From an uncultured Candidatus Actinomarina sp. (GTDB lineage: Bacteria; Actinomycetota; Acidimicrobiia; Actinomarinales; Actinomarinaceae), in contig CACPJC010000001.1 in the NCBI GenBank assembly GCA_902634185.1, positions 128,001 through 192,000 of the forward strand: a stretch of 64,000 nucleotides of DNA, read 5' to 3'. Shown here piece by piece: positions 10,201-22,627 of the stretch (the stretch's first letter is position 1; every line of letters begins with the position of its first letter). A model generated the notes under the pieces. That model ran no database searches. It was not told where the DNA came from and saw nothing but the letters and a program-made list of their open reading frames with translations. The translations under genes were made by a program, and so were the position numbers.

Positions 10201-10650
10201 TTAAATCTCTATAACTTCTACAGTACCACCAGCATCTTCAATTTTCTTCTTCGCAGATTCACTTACAGCGTGTGCTTTTACGTTGACACTATTTGTAATT
10301 TCACCGTTACCAAGAATTTTTACAAATCCCTTTTTTCTTGTTAATCCATTTTTCTGAAGTATTTCTGGATCAATATCACCTTTAAGGTTTTTATCTTGTA
10401 AATCAGAAACATTTACAACCACATACGACATTTTAGGAGTATTTTTTAGTCCCTTAAGTTTTGGGATTCTTCTATAGAGTGGAATTTGTCCGCCTTCAAA
10501 GTATGCAGGTACTGTTTTTCTTGCTCCTGTTCCTTTTGTCCCTCTTCCAGCAGTTTTTCCTCTTTTTCCAGCTTCTCCTCTTCCTTTGCGAATTTTTGAT
10601 TTAGTTGAACCTGGGGTTGGCTTTAAATGATGAAATTTAATTTTACTCAT
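10201..10650 (-). CDS. rplO: 50S ribosomal protein L15
   Basis: GKTAGRGTKG, FEGGQIPLYRRIPK. Confidence 0.98.
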   Translation of the reverse strand: MSKIKFHHLKPTPGSTKSKIRKGRGEAGKRGKTAGRGTKGTGARKTVPAYFEGGQIPLYRRIPKLKGLKNTPKMSYVVVNVSDLQDKNLKGDIDPEILQKNGLTRKKGFVKILGNGEITNSVNVKAHAVSESAKKKIEDAGGTVEVIEI

Positions 10651-10829
10651 TTAATTTCCTCTGTTTCTACAAGGTGTGCAACTTTATTAAGCATCCCTGT
10701 AAGACTTTCGTCAACATCTCTTTCAACTGAAGAATTGATTTTTTTTAATCCAAGAGACTTTATAGTTTCTTTTGCTTTAAAACCTTGTCCAATAAGTGAC
10801 CTTCTAAGTGTAATTTTAACCTTTGGCAT
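10647..10829 (-). CDS. rpmD: 50S ribosomal protein L30
   Basis: [26 protein letters not shown]; spc operon position. Confidence 0.96.
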   Translation of the reverse strand: MPKVKITLRRSLIGQGFKAKETIKSLGLKKINSSVERDVDESLTGMLNKVAHLVETEEIK

Positions 10830-11367
10830 CTTCCTTTAACTTTCTTTCGGCTTTTGTATTTTCATATGCATCAACTAAACCTTTTGGAGCAATTTCCATA
10901 ACATTCTTACCTCTTAATTTAGCTACTTCATCTGGTGTTCTTTGACCTAATAATCCATTAAGAGTTGCTTTCGCAACATTCAAATGAGTAGGAGATCCTA
11001 AAGACTTAGCAAGAATATCTTTAATTCCTGCTGCCTCAAGAACTTGTCGAACTGCACCACCAGCAATTACACCTGTACCGGGAGCAGCTGGTTTTAACAA
11101 AACCTTAGAAGAGCCATGTTCTCCAGTAGTAGTATGTACTATCGTTGATCCAGCCATAGGTATAGGATGAATGTTCTTTTTTGCGTTTTCAATAGCTTTC
11201 TGTATTGCAAGCGGAACTTCCGAACCTTTTCCGTAACCTATTCCAGCATTACCGTTTCCATCACCAACAGCAACTAAAGCAGTAAATGCAAAGTTTCGAC
11301 CACCTTTAACTACTTTTGCTACTCTATTTATGTGAATAACGTTTTCTTGTAATTCTATTTCAGCCAT
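10816..11367 (-). CDS. rpsE: 30S ribosomal protein S5
   Basis: [21 protein letters not shown]. Confidence 0.98.
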   Translation of the reverse strand: MAEIELQENVIHINRVAKVVKGGRNFAFTALVAVGDGNGNAGIGYGKGSEVPLAIQKAIENAKKNIHPIPMAGSTIVHTTTGEHGSSKVLLKPAAPGTGVIAGGAVRQVLEAAGIKDILAKSLGSPTHLNVAKATLNGLLGQRTPDEVAKLRGKNVMEIAPKGLVDAYENTKAERKLKEDAKG

Positions 11368-11714
11368 TAGAACTTTATACCTTTTTCTCTTATACCATCA
11401 GCTAAAGCTTTGACTCTACCATGGTAAATATATCCTCCACGATCAAAAACTGCTTCTTTGATGTTGTTCTTGTTAAGAATGTCGCCCATTAATTCTCCAA
11501 CTTTTTTTGCAGTATCAATACTTAAATTATCACTCTTAAGCTCTTTTGATAATGTACTTGCTGATCCAATAGTTGTTTGATTTAAATCATCAATTGCTTG
11601 TACATATATATTTTTATTGCTCTTATATACAGCTAAACGCGGCTTACTTGCATCACCATACACTTTCTTTCTGATTCTAATTTTTCTTTTTGATCTTGAA
11701 TCTAAACTTTTCAC
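11367..11714 (-). CDS. rplR: 50S ribosomal protein L18
   Basis: [25 protein letters not shown]. Confidence 0.98.
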   Translation of the reverse strand: MKSLDSRSKRKIRIRKKVYGDASKPRLAVYKSNKNIYVQAIDDLNQTTIGSASTLSKELKSDNLSIDTAKKVGELMGDILNKNNIKEAVFDRGGYIYHGRVKALADGIREKGIKF

Positions 11715-11715
11715 T

Positions 11716-12270
11716 CTACGCTCCTGTAGTTGCTACTGCTGCTTTACCAGCTTTTCTTCTTACATATTCGTCTTGATATCTGATGCCTTTACCTTTATAA
11801 GGTTCAGGTGGTTTAATTGATCTAATATCCGCTGCGACTTGCCCAACCAAAGCTTTATCAATGCCCGAGACATTGATTGTATTTTGATCTGGTACATCAA
11901 ATGTAATATTTTCTACTTTTTTAAATATAACTGGATGTGAAAAGCCACAAAGTATCTCTAGATCATTACCTTTTAATGTAACCCTGTGTCCAACACCTTG
12001 TAGTGTAAGAGTCTTTGAATATCCTTCGCTAACCCCGACAATATTATTTGCTACTAATGATCTATATAAACCATGTAAACTTTTTACTTGCTTCTCATCT
12101 GACTCTCTTGTGAATTGAAGTACATTATCAGATATTTCAAACTTTATTTTTTCTTCAAGCACCTCAGTAACCAGTTCACCTTTTGGACCTTTGACGTTGA
12201 TTTTGTTTCCATTAATATTGATTTCAACTTTCTCGGGTATCTCAATTGGTTTATTACCAATTCTGCTCAT
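11716..12270 (-). CDS. rplF: 50S ribosomal protein L6
   Basis: MSRIGNKPI (start ATG 12270), PEPYKGKGI. Confidence 0.98.
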   Translation of the reverse strand: MSRIGNKPIEIPEKVEININGNKINVKGPKGELVTEVLEEKIKFEISDNVLQFTRESDEKQVKSLHGLYRSLVANNIVGVSEGYSKTLTLQGVGHRVTLKGNDLEILCGFSHPVIFKKVENITFDVPDQNTINVSGIDKALVGQVAADIRSIKPPEPYKGKGIRYQDEYVRRKAGKAAVATTGA

Positions 12271-12665
12271 GACCAAACCTCACAAATAAGTTCTCCCCCA
12301 AGCTTTCTTTTTCTTGCTTCTGAATCAGATAATAGACCTCTTGAAGTAGAAACTACAACAGTACCTAAGCCTCCGTTGTTTCTTGGGAGTTTGTCAAAAG
12401 AAGAATAAACCCTTCTCCCTGGTTTAGATAATCTATTTAAACCAGCAATTACAGATTTTCCTTCATCTGAAAATTTGATAGTCAAATTTAAAACTTTTTT
12501 TGCTCCATCGCTTTTTACTTCTACGTCACTTATATAACCTTCATCTTTAAAAAGTTTTGCGAGCTCAAATTTGAAATTTGAGTGTGGAATCTCAACATTT
12601 GATTTTGACACAAGTGTTGCATTTCTAACCCTTGTTAAAAAATCTGAAATAGGATCATTTACCAT
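12267..12665 (-). CDS. rpsH: 30S ribosomal protein S8
   Basis: DPISDFLTRVRNA, SKPGRRVY, STSRGL; likely start ATG 12665. Confidence 0.98.
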   Translation of the reverse strand: MVNDPISDFLTRVRNATLVSKSNVEIPHSNFKFELAKLFKDEGYISDVEVKSDGAKKVLNLTIKFSDEGKSVIAGLNRLSKPGRRVYSSFDKLPRNNGGLGTVVVSTSRGLLSDSEARKRKLGGELICEVWS

Positions 12666-12667
12666 CT

Positions 12668-12973
12668 TTACCACGAAGCTTTCTTTATCCCTGGAAGCTC
12701 TCCTTTGAGTGCCAAGTCGCGAAAAGTATTTCGTGACATTCCAAATTTTCTTAAATTACCCCTAGGTCGTCCTGTTACTTGGCACCTATTACGATGACGT
12801 GTTGCGGATGCATCTCTAGGCATCTTTGCAATCTTTTTTTGTGCTTCCCTTTTCTCATCATAAGTAGATTCAGGGTCACGAATTACAGCTAATAATTCTT
12901 TTCTCTTTGATGAATAAAAATTTGCTGTTTCTTCTCTTTTATTATTTTTAACTATTTTACTTTTTTTAGCCAT
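12668..12973 (-). CDS. rpsN: 30S ribosomal protein S14, long zinc-free type
   Basis: 101 aa, MAKKSKI...[12 protein letters not shown]...[11 protein letters not shown]; a single Cys. Confidence 0.97.
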   Translation of the reverse strand: MAKKSKIVKNNKREETANFYSSKRKELLAVIRDPESTYDEKREAQKKIAKMPRDASATRHRNRCQVTGRPRGNLRKFGMSRNTFRDLALKGELPGIKKASW

Positions 12974-12975
12974 AA

Positions 12976-13521
12976 TTAATTCTCCCTAAACGGAAAGCCA
13001 AGTGAGTTAAGTAACTCATATCCGCCTGAATTATCTTTTGCAGTAGTACAAATTGTTATATTCATTCCTCTGATATCTCTGACTTTATCATATTCAACTT
13101 CTGGAAATACCAGTTGCTCGTTCAGCCCAAGAGAAAAATTACCATTACCATCAAATGATTTTTTACTAAATCCTCTGAAATCTCGAATTCTTGGGACTAC
13201 TACCTGTACAAACCGATCATAAAATTCCCACATTCTATTTCCTCTAAGTGTCACAGAAACCCCTATTGGCATTCCTTCACGAATTTTAAAACCCGCGATT
13301 GATTTTTTAGCTCTTTTTATAACTGGTTTCTGACCTGATATTGCAGTTAGTTCATCAACCATTGATTCAAGTGCTCTACCATCTGTAGCAGCTTTTCCAT
13401 CACCGATATTTATAACAATTTTTTCTAGTTTTGGAACAGCATTAGTGTTTTCAATATTTAATTGTTTCTTTAGTTCGTCAATTAATTGAGTTCTATATTG
13501 ATCTTTAAGCCTCGGAATCAT
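12976..13521 (-). CDS. rplE: 50S ribosomal protein L5
   Basis: [23 protein letters not shown]. Confidence 0.98.
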   Translation of the reverse strand: MIPRLKDQYRTQLIDELKKQLNIENTNAVPKLEKIVINIGDGKAATDGRALESMVDELTAISGQKPVIKRAKKSIAGFKIREGMPIGVSVTLRGNRMWEFYDRFVQVVVPRIRDFRGFSKKSFDGNGNFSLGLNEQLVFPEVEYDKVRDIRGMNITICTTAKDNSGGYELLNSLGFPFREN

Positions 13522-13820
13522 GCTTCATCTCCAGTTTGTGCTAAAACCCTAAATTTATTTCCATTTTTATCAAACTTATATCTTACTCTTCCACTCTTTT
13601 TTTTGACAACCAGTGCAACATTTGAGGCATCTATTGGCATACTTTTATCAATAACTCCTCCTTGCATCGTTTGGCCTTGAGGTTTTTGATGTTTTTTATT
13701 TACATTTATCCCTTCAACTAAAACTTGATTCTTTTTTGGAAATACTTGCAAAACTTTACCTTCTTTACCATTGTCTTTTCCAGAAATAATTTTTACTGTA
13801 TCACCTTTTTGTATTTTCAT
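13518..13820 (-). CDS. rplX: 50S ribosomal protein L24
   Basis: KGDTVKIISGKDNGKEG, VEGIN. Confidence 0.98.
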   Translation of the reverse strand: MKIQKGDTVKIISGKDNGKEGKVLQVFPKKNQVLVEGINVNKKHQKPQGQTMQGGVIDKSMPIDASNVALVVKKKSGRVRYKFDKNGNKFRVLAQTGDEA

Positions 13821-14188
13821 TACAAAACCTCCGGTGCAAGTGATACTATTCTCATAAATTTCTTCTCTCTTAATTCTCTACCAACTGGTCCAAAGATTCT
13901 TGTTCCTCTTGGTTGATCTTGATCGTTTAAAATCACGCATGCATTTTCATCAAACCTAATATAAGTACCATCTTTACGTCTTGTTTCTTTACTAGTTCTG
14001 ACAACAACAGCTTGTACAATATCACCTTTTTTTATCTGGCCACCAGGAACAGCATCTTTTACGGTTGCTGTAAAAACATCTCCCAAACCTGCATATCTAA
14101 TTTTTGAACTGCCTTTTACCTTTATGCATAACACCTCTTTTGCGCCAGAGTTGTCAGCAACTTTTAATCTTGATTCTTTTTGTATCAT
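13820..14188 (-). CDS. rplN: 50S ribosomal protein L14
   Basis: [31 protein letters not shown]. Confidence 0.98.
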   Translation of the reverse strand: MIQKESRLKVADNSGAKEVLCIKVKGSSKIRYAGLGDVFTATVKDAVPGGQIKKGDIVQAVVVRTSKETRRKDGTYIRFDENACVILNDQDQPRGTRIFGPVGRELREKKFMRIVSLAPEVL

Positions 14189-14448
14189 CTTGCTCTCTCA
14201 ACAATCTCAGTAACTCTCCACATTTTTGTTTTAGATATTGGCTTAGTTTCAGTTATTTTTACAGTGTCCCCAACTTTTGCATCAAAACTCTCATCATGGG
14301 CATGAAGCTTTCTTGTTTTTTTAACAATTTTTCCGTACTTTGGATGTTGAAATTGTAATTCAATAGACACGGTAACTGTTTTGTCTCTTTTATCAGAAAC
14401 AACGACTCCTGTTCTTACTTTTCGAGATGCTCTTGGTTCACTACTCAT
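14185..14448 (-). CDS. rpsQ: 30S ribosomal protein S17
   Basis: [23 protein letters not shown]; likely start ATG 14448. Confidence 0.97.
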   Translation of the reverse strand: MSSEPRASRKVRTGVVVSDKRDKTVTVSIELQFQHPKYGKIVKKTRKLHAHDESFDAKVGDTVKITETKPISKTKMWRVTEIVERAR

Positions 14449-14656
14449 TATTCTCTTCCGCATTCATGTCATTGATTTTTTGATTTAATATTGTGTTTGC
14501 CTGTGCAATTTCTTTCTTTATTTTTTTAAATACTGAAGTGTCTTCGATTTGACTCGTTGCTAACGCAAATCTTGAGTCCATTAATTCTTTTTTAAGATCT
14601 AAAATTTTATTTTCAAGTTCCATAATGGATAATTCTCTCAAATCATTTATGCTCAT
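14441..14656 (-). CDS. rpmC: 50S ribosomal protein L29
   Basis: DLRELS...ELMDSRF...IKKEIAQ; position after rplP. Confidence 0.95.
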   Translation of the reverse strand: MSINDLRELSIMELENKILDLKKELMDSRFALATSQIEDTSVFKKIKKEIAQANTILNQKINDMNAEENNE

Positions 14657-15063
14657 ATATTCCTCTTTACAAATTTTGTTTTAATTGGCAATTTATGTCC
14701 TGCTTTTCTCATTGCTTCTTTTGCAATTTCTTCAGAAACACCAGATATTTCAAAAATTATTTTTCCCGGTTTTACAACTGCTACGTAGTACTCAACGTTA
14801 CCTTTTCCTGATCCCATACGAACTTCAGCGGGTTTTTTTGTAATTGGTTTGTGAGGAAAAATGTTTATCCAAACCTTTCCCCCTCTTTTCATTGTTCTTG
14901 TAATCGTTATTCTTGCAGCCTCAATTTGACGTGCTGTTATATATGAAGTCTCAACAGCTTGAAGTCCATAATCACCAAATGTCACTTCATTACCACCTTT
15001 TGAAAGACCTCTTCTTCTACCTCTATGTGATTTTCTATGTTTTGTCTTTTTTGGCATTAACAT
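14653..15063 (-). CDS. rplP: 50S ribosomal protein L16
   Basis: [25 protein letters not shown]. Confidence 0.98.
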   Translation of the reverse strand: MLMPKKTKHRKSHRGRRRGLSKGGNEVTFGDYGLQAVETSYITARQIEAARITITRTMKRGGKVWINIFPHKPITKKPAEVRMGSGKGNVEYYVAVVKPGKIIFEISGVSEEIAKEAMRKAGHKLPIKTKFVKRNI

Positions 15064-15065
15064 AT

Positions 15066-15956
15066 TTATTCTTCTTCCATTATTGATTTTTCTTGTTCAA
15101 ATTGCTCTGTTGCCTCATTAGGTCTAATCCGATTACCCCCACCTGCCTCAACAATCTTTGATGATGATTCATTTGCTTTTTTACCACCACCAGCTTCAAG
15201 AATTCGTGATTTTTTAGTCTCACCTACGGCAGCTTCAACACGAGATTTAACAGATTTAACTCTTCCAGTAGCAGGTCCTCCACTTGCTAAATTAGCTTCA
15301 GCTGCAATTTTATCTTGTCTTAGTTTGTTTGAACCTACGACATCACCTTTGTAAACCCAAACTTTTACTCCAATTGAACCTACGGTTGTTTGAGCTGCTG
15401 CTCTTCCAAAATCAATATCGGCACGTAAAGTGTGTAATGGGACTCTGCCTTCACGGTACCATTCTCTTCTACCCATCTCTGCGCCACCGAGTCGTCCAGA
15501 ACATTCAACTCTTACACCTTCGGCTCCAGCTTTAAGAGCACCTGTTACAGCTCTTTTCATTGCTCTTCTAAATGCAACTCTGTTTTCTAATTGGTCTGCA
15601 ACAGCTCTTGCTAATAATTGGGCGTCAAGTTCAGGCTCTCTAACTTCAATAATATTTAGTTTTACAGGTTGGCTAGATAATTCTTCGAGTCCTTTTCTCA
15701 ACCTATCTGCTTCTGCACCTTTTCTACCAATTACAACACCGGGTCTAGCTGTATGTATGTCAACTTGGACCTTGTCCCTTGTTCTTTCTATATCTATTCG
15801 AGAAACTGCACCTTTAATTAACTGCGAAGACAAGAACTCTCTAATTCTATAATCTTGATTAACCAGTTTTGTGTATTCTTTATCACTAAACCAACGTGAC
15901 TTCCAGTCATTAACAATTCCAATTCTAAATGCGTAAGGATGTGTTTTTTGTCCCAT
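15066..15956 (-). CDS. rpsC: 30S ribosomal protein S3 with C-terminal extension
   Basis: [29 protein letters not shown]. Confidence 0.98.
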   Translation of the reverse strand: MGQKTHPYAFRIGIVNDWKSRWFSDKEYTKLVNQDYRIREFLSSQLIKGAVSRIDIERTRDKVQVDIHTARPGVVIGRKGAEADRLRKGLEELSSQPVKLNIIEVREPELDAQLLARAVADQLENRVAFRRAMKRAVTGALKAGAEGVRVECSGRLGGAEMGRREWYREGRVPLHTLRADIDFGRAAAQTTVGSIGVKVWVYKGDVVGSNKLRQDKIAAEANLASGGPATGRVKSVKSRVEAAVGETKKSRILEAGGGKKANESSSKIVEAGGGNRIRPNEATEQFEQEKSIMEEE

Positions 15957-16309
15957 TACAATTCTCCGTCTGCTGTAGTTAGTTCGATTACCAAGTGAGA
16001 TGTTCTTTTATTTATCCTTCCGGCTCTACCTCTAGCCCTTGGTCTAAATCTTTTTAGAGTAGGTCCTTCATCTGCAGTAGCTTTTGAAATATAAAGATCA
16101 CTTGAGCTTAAACCAAAATTATTCTCAGCATTTGCGATTGCGCTTTCGACAACTTGTGATATCTCATCAGCTGCTCTTCGTTTTGTAAATTTAAGAATAT
16201 CTAAGGCTTCAGAAACAGGCAGTCCTCTAATTAGATTCAATACTAACCTCAATTTGTAAGGTGATTGCCTTACATATTTACTTTTTGCAGTTACTGTTTG
16301 ATTTTCCAT
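15956..16309 (-). CDS. rplV: 50S ribosomal protein L22
   Basis: [22 protein letters not shown]. Confidence 0.98.
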   Translation of the reverse strand: MENQTVTAKSKYVRQSPYKLRLVLNLIRGLPVSEALDILKFTKRRAADEISQVVESAIANAENNFGLSSSDLYISKATADEGPTLKRFRPRARGRAGRINKRTSHLVIELTTADGEL

Positions 16310-16572
16310 TAGCTTTGTCCTGGGTGTCCTTTAAATGTTCTTGTCGGAGCAAATTCACCTAGTTTATGACCAACCATTGCTTCCGTTACAAAAACTGGAA
16401 TGTGTTGTCGACCATTATGAATTGCAATTGTTAAACCTACCATCTCGGGGACTATTGTAGATCTTCTACTCCATGTTTTAATTACACTTTTGTTACCACT
16501 GTTTTGTGCTTCTTCAACTTTCACTAAGAGATGATTGTCTACAAATGGTCCTTTTCTTAAGCTTCTTGACAT
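16309..16572 (-). CDS. rpsS: 30S ribosomal protein S19
   Basis: [27 protein letters not shown]. Confidence 0.98.
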   Translation of the reverse strand: MSRSLRKGPFVDNHLLVKVEEAQNSGNKSVIKTWSRRSTIVPEMVGLTIAIHNGRQHIPVFVTEAMVGHKLGEFAPTRTFKGHPGQS

Positions 16573-16574
16573 GA

Positions 16575-17408
16575 TTAATTTCTACCTTTTTGAGATCTTC
16601 CTCTAACAATTGATTTATTGCTATATTTTTTCTTTTTTCTTGTTTTTGCTTCCGGCTTTCCCCATGGGCTTACAGGAGTTCTACCACCAGATGACTTTCC
16701 TTCTCCACCTCCGAGTGGGTGATCAACTGGATTCATAGCAACACCTCTTGTTTGAGGCCTCACACCTTTCCATCTTTTTCTTCCAGCTTTTCCAAGTTTT
16801 GTTAATTCAGCTTCTGCGTTTCCAACGCTTCCAACTGTTGCTCTACAATCCATTGAGACTGTTCTCATCTCTCCAGATGGGAGTCTTAACAGTGCAAGAC
16901 CCGATTCTTTACTCATAAGCTGAACTGATGATCCAGCAGACCTTGCCATCTTAGCTCCACCACCAGGTCTTAGTTCAACTGCATGTACAAATGTACCTGC
17001 AGGAATGTTCCTTAATGGTAAACAATTTCCATCTTTTATCTCAGCTTTAGGTCCAGACTCTACCATGCTGCCTTCATAAACCCCTTCAGGTGCAATAATG
17101 TAACTTTTTTCGCCATCAACATAATGAAGTAAAGCAATTCTGGAATTTCTGTTTGGGTCATATTCTATTCCAGCAACCTTTGCCGGTATACCGTCTTTGA
17201 CTCTCTTAAAATCGACTACTCTATATTTTTGTTTATGTCCACCTCCTCTGTGTCGAGATGTAATTCTTCCTTTATTGTTTCTACCACCGGTTGACTTTTT
17301 TGATTGTAAAAGTTTTTTTTCAGGTTTTGATTTAGTAATTTCACTAAAATCACCTGTTACATGTCCTCTCATTCCTGGAGTAATTGGTCTAATTTTTTTT
17401 GATCCCAT
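16575..17408 (-). CDS. rplB: 50S ribosomal protein L2
   Basis: [30 protein letters not shown]. Confidence 0.98.
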   Translation of the reverse strand: MGSKKIRPITPGMRGHVTGDFSEITKSKPEKKLLQSKKSTGGRNNKGRITSRHRGGGHKQKYRVVDFKRVKDGIPAKVAGIEYDPNRNSRIALLHYVDGEKSYIIAPEGVYEGSMVESGPKAEIKDGNCLPLRNIPAGTFVHAVELRPGGGAKMARSAGSSVQLMSKESGLALLRLPSGEMRTVSMDCRATVGSVGNAEAELTKLGKAGRKRWKGVRPQTRGVAMNPVDHPLGGGEGKSSGGRTPVSPWGKPEAKTRKKKKYSNKSIVRGRSQKGRN

Positions 17409-17410
17409 AC

Positions 17411-17698
17411 CTATACTCCAAATGCCTCAATAGTTTGTCCATCTTGTAAAGTAACAATTGCTACTTTTCTTGTACTTTGTTGACCAATAACATAACCAAA
17501 TCTTTTCTTTTTTCCTTTTTTATACATTGTGTTGACAGATACAACTTCAACATCAAAAATTTCTTCAACTGCTTTCTTAATTTCAGGCTTTGTCGCACTT
17601 GTGTGCACAAAAAAAGTGTATGAATTTGAGTTAGCAATTCTGTCATATGACTTTTCAGAGATAAGAGGAGCTATAAGTATATCTTCTAAATACTTCAT
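17411..17698 (-). CDS. rplW: 50S ribosomal protein L23
   Basis: [18 protein letters not shown]. Confidence 0.97.
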   Translation of the reverse strand: MKYLEDILIAPLISEKSYDRIANSNSYTFFVHTSATKPEIKKAVEEIFDVEVVSVNTMYKKGKKKRFGYVIGQQSTRKVAIVTLQDGQTIEAFGV

Positions 17699-18315
17699 CT
17701 TTGCTCCAAAAATGTATTTATAGCGTTTTCACTAAAAACTAAGGCTTCATTTGAAATAACATCATAAGTTGAAAGTTTTGTTACGGAAGTAAGCTTTGAA
17801 TTTGAAAGATTTCTGAATGACTTTACAAGGGAATCGTCATTTTCTCCGTAAACAAAAACAAAGGATTTGGAAATTGATAATTCTTTTATTGCATTTGATG
17901 CTGCTTTTGTTGAAGGTGTATCAAGTCCAGCTCCATCTACAACAAAAACTGACTCTTCTAATACTCTGTTTGATACAGACATATATAATGATTTCTTTTT
18001 CATTTTCTTAGGTGTTCTGTCTTTGTACACTCTTCCGCCTGGACCGTGAGCTATTCCTCCACCTACAAAAATAGGAGATCTTAAAGACCCGTGTCTTGCT
18101 CTACCAGTTCCTTTCTGTACCCAAGGTTTTGCACCTGTTCCAGAGACTTGTGATCTTGTTTTAACACTCGCAGTATTATTTCTTGCATTTGTTCTGTTAG
18201 CTTTAGTAACTTGGTGTAAAAGACCTGTATTCATCTCTTCGTTTAGTTCAAAGTCATATTGTTTATTTGAGGTCTTGTTATCTTTTAAAGAAAATGATTT
18301 CAACTTAATACTCAT
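17695..18315 (-). CDS. rplD: 50S ribosomal protein L4
   Basis: KPWVQKGTGRARHGS, GGGIAHGP. Confidence 0.97.
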   Translation of the reverse strand: MSIKLKSFSLKDNKTSNKQYDFELNEEMNTGLLHQVTKANRTNARNNTASVKTRSQVSGTGAKPWVQKGTGRARHGSLRSPIFVGGGIAHGPGGRVYKDRTPKKMKKKSLYMSVSNRVLEESVFVVDGAGLDTPSTKAASNAIKELSISKSFVFVYGENDDSLVKSFRNLSNSKLTSVTKLSTYDVISNEALVFSENAINTFLEQR

Positions 18316-18944
18316 GACGAAACCTTTATAGCTGAGCTGATTTGAACGATATTTCCTTTGTTGCCTGGTACTGATCCGTTCACAAGTAAATAATTTTTTT
18401 CTTCATTTATTGCAACTACAGTTACTGATTGAATAGTTCTTTTCTGATTACCCATTCTTCCTGACATTTTTGTTCCTTTAAATACATGGCCTGGATAAGA
18501 GGCATTACCAATTGACCCTCCAGCTCTGTGAACTTTATGAACACCATGGCTTGCTTTTTGTCCTGAAAAATTATGTCTTTTCATAACACCTGAGTAACCT
18601 TTTCCTTTTGAAAATCCGGTTATGTCTACTTTTTGACCAACTTCAAAAAAATCATTAATTTTTATTTCTTTACCTGATTCAAGTGGGGATTCTTCATCAA
18701 AAGGTACTTCGAAAAGTCCTTCCCCCGGTTCAACATTGTACTTTTTATAATGTTCTGCAAGAGGTTTGGCTACATTTTTTGCAGAACCAATAGTTAATTG
18801 TGCGGCACTGTATCCATCTTTCTCGTTAGATTTTATTTGAACCACTCTGCAACCTGAAACATCAAGCACAGTTACACCCATTGAAATTGAATTTTCATCA
18901 AATAGCTGGGTCATGCCTACTTTTTTTGCAATAATTGATTTCAT
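18312..18944 (-). CDS. rplC: 50S ribosomal protein L3
   Basis: [25 protein letters not shown]. Confidence 0.98.
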   Translation of the reverse strand: MKSIIAKKVGMTQLFDENSISMGVTVLDVSGCRVVQIKSNEKDGYSAAQLTIGSAKNVAKPLAEHYKKYNVEPGEGLFEVPFDEESPLESGKEIKINDFFEVGQKVDITGFSKGKGYSGVMKRHNFSGQKASHGVHKVHRAGGSIGNASYPGHVFKGTKMSGRMGNQKRTIQSVTVVAINEEKNYLLVNGSVPGNKGNIVQISSAIKVSS

Positions 18945-19255
18945 AATTTGATCTCAACTTCTACACCAGCTGGTAAATCTAACCTCATAAGAGAATCAAC
19001 GGTCTTCGGGGTTGGTTCGACAATATCAATTAACCTTTTATGAATTCTCATTTCAAAATGTTCTCTCGATTTTTTATCTACATGGGGAGAACGAATAACA
19101 CAATAACGATGGATTTGAGTAGGTAAAGGGATCGGTCCTTTCACTTTTGCTTGTGTTTTCATCACTGTTTCGGCAATTTTACGAGCAGACTCGTCTACAA
19201 CATAATTGTCATATGCTTTTAACTTTATCCTTATCTGCTGTTCTTGCTTTGCCAT
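18941..19255 (-). CDS. rpsJ: 30S ribosomal protein S10
   Basis: [30 protein letters not shown]. Confidence 0.98.
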   Translation of the reverse strand: MAKQEQQIRIKLKAYDNYVVDESARKIAETVMKTQAKVKGPIPLPTQIHRYCVIRSPHVDKKSREHFEMRIHKRLIDIVEPTPKTVDSLMRLDLPAGVEVEIKL

Positions 19256-19264
19256 TTTTTCCCC

Positions 19265-19298
19265 AAAAAAAACCGGGAGTAGAATTCTACTCCCGGTT
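19265..19298 (-). terminator. Intrinsic terminator-like hairpin between tuf and rpsJ
   Basis: Perfect palindrome AACCGGGAGTAGAATTCTACTCCCGGTT (19271-19298), followed on the minus strand by a U-run. Confidence 0.75.
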
Positions 19299-19307
19299 AA
19301 GTTTTAA

Positions 19308-20492
19308 TTACTCTATAACTTTTGTCACCTGTCCTGCTCCAACAGTTCTTCCACCTTCTCTAATCGCAAATTTTACGCCCTCTTCCATTGCAATTGGAGA
19401 TATAAGTTCTACAGAGATTGGAACATTATCACCAGGCATGACCATTTCAGTACCATCAGCTAGAGAAACTTCTCCCGTAACATCAGTGGTTCTAAAATAG
19501 AACTGTGGCCTATATCCTTTAAAGAATGGATTGTGTCTTCCACCTTCTTCTTTTGTAAGAACATATACCTCAGCCTCAAATTTTGTATGAGGTGTTATGG
19601 AGCCAGGAACAGCAATAACCTGTCCTCTTTCCACATCATCTTTATCAATACCTCTTAAAAGTAAACCAACGTTGTCTCCAGCTCTACCCTCATCAAGGAG
19701 TTTCCTGAACATTTCAACACCAGTACAAACTGATTTGGTAGTTTCACGAATACCAACAATTTCTACTTCATCGTTTACATTTACAATACCTTGTTCAATT
19801 CTTCCAGTAACAACTGTTCCTCTACCAGTAATTGAAAAGACGTCTTCAACTGGCATTAAGAAAGGCTTGTCTACTACTCTCACAGGCTCTTCTATATATG
19901 AATCAACCTGTTCCATTAATTGAAGAACAGCATTTACACCATCTTCTTTTCCTTCAAGAGCTGCTAACGCAGAACCTTTCACGACTGGAACATCATCTCC
20001 TGGGAAATCATACTCATTTAAAAGTTCTCTAACTTCCATTTCGACAAGATCTAATAATTCATCGTCGTCAACTTGATCAACTTTGTTGAGGAAAACAGCA
20101 ATTGCTGGTACACCAACTTGTCGCGCAAGTAGAACGTGCTCTCTTGTCTGAGGCATAGGTCCATCAGCTGCTGAAACCACAAGAATAGCTCCATCAACCT
20201 GGGCAGCACCAGTGATCATGTTTTTAACATAATCTGCGTGACCTGGCATATCTACGTGAGCATAGTGACGGTTTTCTGTCTCGTACTCAACGTGTGCTAT
20301 CTGAATGGTGATTCCTCTTTCTTTTTCTTCTGGTGCTTTATCAATTTCATCGAAAGCAGTTGCCTCACCCGCACCAGCATCAGCCAAAACTTTTGTTATT
20401 GCGGCCGTCAATGTTGTTTTTCCATGGTCAATGTGGCCCATTGTACCAATGTTCACATGAGGCTTGCTTCGGTCAAATTTCTCTTTTGACAT
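19308..20492 (-). CDS. tuf: Elongation factor Tu
   Basis: [35 protein letters not shown]. Confidence 0.99.
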   Translation of the reverse strand: MSKEKFDRSKPHVNIGTMGHIDHGKTTLTAAITKVLADAGAGEATAFDEIDKAPEEKERGITIQIAHVEYETENRHYAHVDMPGHADYVKNMITGAAQVDGAILVVSAADGPMPQTREHVLLARQVGVPAIAVFLNKVDQVDDDELLDLVEMEVRELLNEYDFPGDDVPVVKGSALAALEGKEDGVNAVLQLMEQVDSYIEEPVRVVDKPFLMPVEDVFSITGRGTVVTGRIEQGIVNVNDEVEIVGIRETTKSVCTGVEMFRKLLDEGRAGDNVGLLLRGIDKDDVERGQVIAVPGSITPHTKFEAEVYVLTKEEGGRHNPFFKGYRPQFYFRTTDVTGEVSLADGTEMVMPGDNVPISVELISPIAMEEGVKFAIREGGRTVGAGQVTKVIE

Positions 20493-20532
20493 ATTTTCTC
20501 CTTCTTTAAAAGTTTAAACTCTGAAACAAAGT

Positions 20533-22623
20533 TTAAACTTCAACCTCTACTCCACGAACACTTGCAGTTATCTCCTTTGTTATAGCGTCTGGGACGTCCT
20601 CATAACTATCAAACTGCATCGTGAATGTTGCACGGCCTTGTGTTCTGGAACGCAAATCTGTTGCGTAACCGAACATTTCTGATAATGGAACCTTTGCACT
20701 GACAACTTTTGCCGATCCTCTTTGTCCCATTTCAGCTATCTTTCCTCTTCTTGAAGAAAGATCTCCGACAACATCTCCCATAAAATCTTCAGGGGTTACT
20801 ACTTCTACAGTCATAATAGGCTCCAGTAGTTTTACTCCAGCTTTTTTTGCTCCATCTTTTAACGCCATGGACCCTGCGATTTTAAAAGCCATTTCTGAAG
20901 AGTCAACATCATGATATGTCCCATCTTTTAGTGTTGCTCTCATATTTACAAGCGGATATCCAGCTAGAACACCTGATTCCATTGCAGCTTCAACTCCTGC
21001 ATTTACTGATGGAATATACTCCTTTGGAATTCTTCCACTTTTAATTAAATCTACAAATTCATATCCATCTTCAATAGGTTCAAGTTCCATAATTACATGT
21101 CCATATTGACCTCGACCACCACTTTGTCTAATATATTTTGCCTCAATATCAGTCTTCTTTTTGAGTGCCTCTCTATATGCCACTTGAGGTTTACCAATAT
21201 TTGCCTCTACTTTAAATTCCCTTTTTAGACGATCTACAAGAATATCAAGATGCAATTCTCCCATTCCTGAAATGATTGTTTGACCAGTCTCTTCATCAGA
21301 GTTAACTTTGAAGGTAGGGTCTTCTTCAGCTAACTTTTGTAAACCCTCTGATAACTTTTCTTCATCAGCTTTTGATTTTGGTTCGATTGCAACTGAGATA
21401 ACAGGTTCAGGGAACGTCATTGATTCTAGTTGAATAGGGCTTCCTGAATCAGATAATGTATCTCCTGTTTTTGCATTTTTAAGACCAACTCCCGCAACAA
21501 TATCCCCAGTAGAAATAAAATCTATGTCCTCTCTTGAGTTTGAATGCATTCTCAATATTCTTCCAAGTCTTTCGTCTTTTCCTGTTGTCGTATTAACAAC
21601 TTTGTCACCTTTATTTAAGGTACCGGAATAAACCCTAAAATAAGTTAACTTTCCTACATGTGGATCACTTACAACCTTAAATGCAAGTGCAGAAAATGGT
21701 TCTTCGTCAGAATGCTCTCTGCTAATTTCATCTTCTTCTTTACCAGGTGTAAATCCTGATACTGGTTCTATATCTAGAGGTGAGGGAAGATAATCAACAA
21801 CTGCATCCAATAGAAGTTGTACACCTTTGTTTTTAAAAGCACTACCTGCAAGAACTGGTACAAATAATCCTGAAAGAGTTCCTGTTCTAATTGCTTTTTT
21901 TATTTCAGCAACTGAAAGCTCTTCATCTCCAAGATATTTCTCAAGTACTTCATCATCTGCTTCAGCTACGACATCCAAAAGTTCTGCCCGTTTTGTATTT
22001 GCTTCCTCAAGTCGATCCTCTGGTATATCTGCAATATCCCATTCAGATCCGTCATCTTTTGTCCAGGTGTGTGCTTTCATTTCAACAAGATCAATTACTC
22101 CAACAAAATCTGCTTCAGATCCTATAGGAATTTGAAGAACAGCTGGTTTTGCTTCAAGTCTTTCGATGATTGACTGTACGTCATCATCAAAGTTTGCACC
22201 CGTTCTATCAAGTTTGTTGATAAAACAAATTCTTGGTACGTTATATTTGTCAGCTTGTCTCCAAACTGTCTCTGACTGTGGTTCAACTCCTGCAACACCA
22301 TCAAATACAGCTACAGCACCATCTAATACTCTAAGAGACCTTTCAACCTCAACTGTAAAATCAACGTGACCGGGAGTATCAATAATATTAATTGTGTGGT
22401 CATTCCAGCTACATGTAGTAGCAGCAGATGTAATAGTTATTCCACGCTCTTGCTCTTGTTCCATCCAGTCCATAACAGCTGCTCCATCATGAACTTCACC
22501 AATCTTGTATGTTTTACCTGTGTAATACAAAATTCTCTCTGTTAAGGTAGTTTTTCCAGCGTCTATATGAGCCATAATTCCAATATTTCTTAGGTTTTTG
22601 AGATCTACTGTTCTAGTTGACAT
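20533..22623 (-). CDS. fusA: Elongation factor G
   Basis: [23 protein letters not shown]. True start is likely ATG 22623 (MSTRTV); the longer ORF overlaps rpsG. Confidence 0.98.
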   Translation of the reverse strand: MSTRTVDLKNLRNIGIMAHIDAGKTTLTERILYYTGKTYKIGEVHDGAAVMDWMEQEQERGITITSAATTCSWNDHTINIIDTPGHVDFTVEVERSLRVLDGAVAVFDGVAGVEPQSETVWRQADKYNVPRICFINKLDRTGANFDDDVQSIIERLEAKPAVLQIPIGSEADFVGVIDLVEMKAHTWTKDDGSEWDIADIPEDRLEEANTKRAELLDVVAEADDEVLEKYLGDEELSVAEIKKAIRTGTLSGLFVPVLAGSAFKNKGVQLLLDAVVDYLPSPLDIEPVSGFTPGKEEDEISREHSDEEPFSALAFKVVSDPHVGKLTYFRVYSGTLNKGDKVVNTTTGKDERLGRILRMHSNSREDIDFISTGDIVAGVGLKNAKTGDTLSDSGSPIQLESMTFPEPVISVAIEPKSKADEEKLSEGLQKLAEEDPTFKVNSDEETGQTIISGMGELHLDILVDRLKREFKVEANIGKPQVAYREALKKKTDIEAKYIRQSGGRGQYGHVIMELEPIEDGYEFVDLIKSGRIPKEYIPSVNAGVEAAMESGVLAGYPLVNMRATLKDGTYHDVDSSEMAFKIAGSMALKDGAKKAGVKLLEPIMTVEVVTPEDFMGDVVGDLSSRRGKIAEMGQRGSAKVVSAKVPLSEMFGYATDLRSRTQGRATFTMQFDSYEDVPDAITKEITASVRGVEVEV

Positions 22624-22627
22624 ATTG

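Noticed and set aside
15066-15330. S3 C-terminal extension with repeated (I/V)(L/V)EAGGG
   Set aside because: Low-complexity S3 tails are common in Actinobacteria; no evidence of a separate function.
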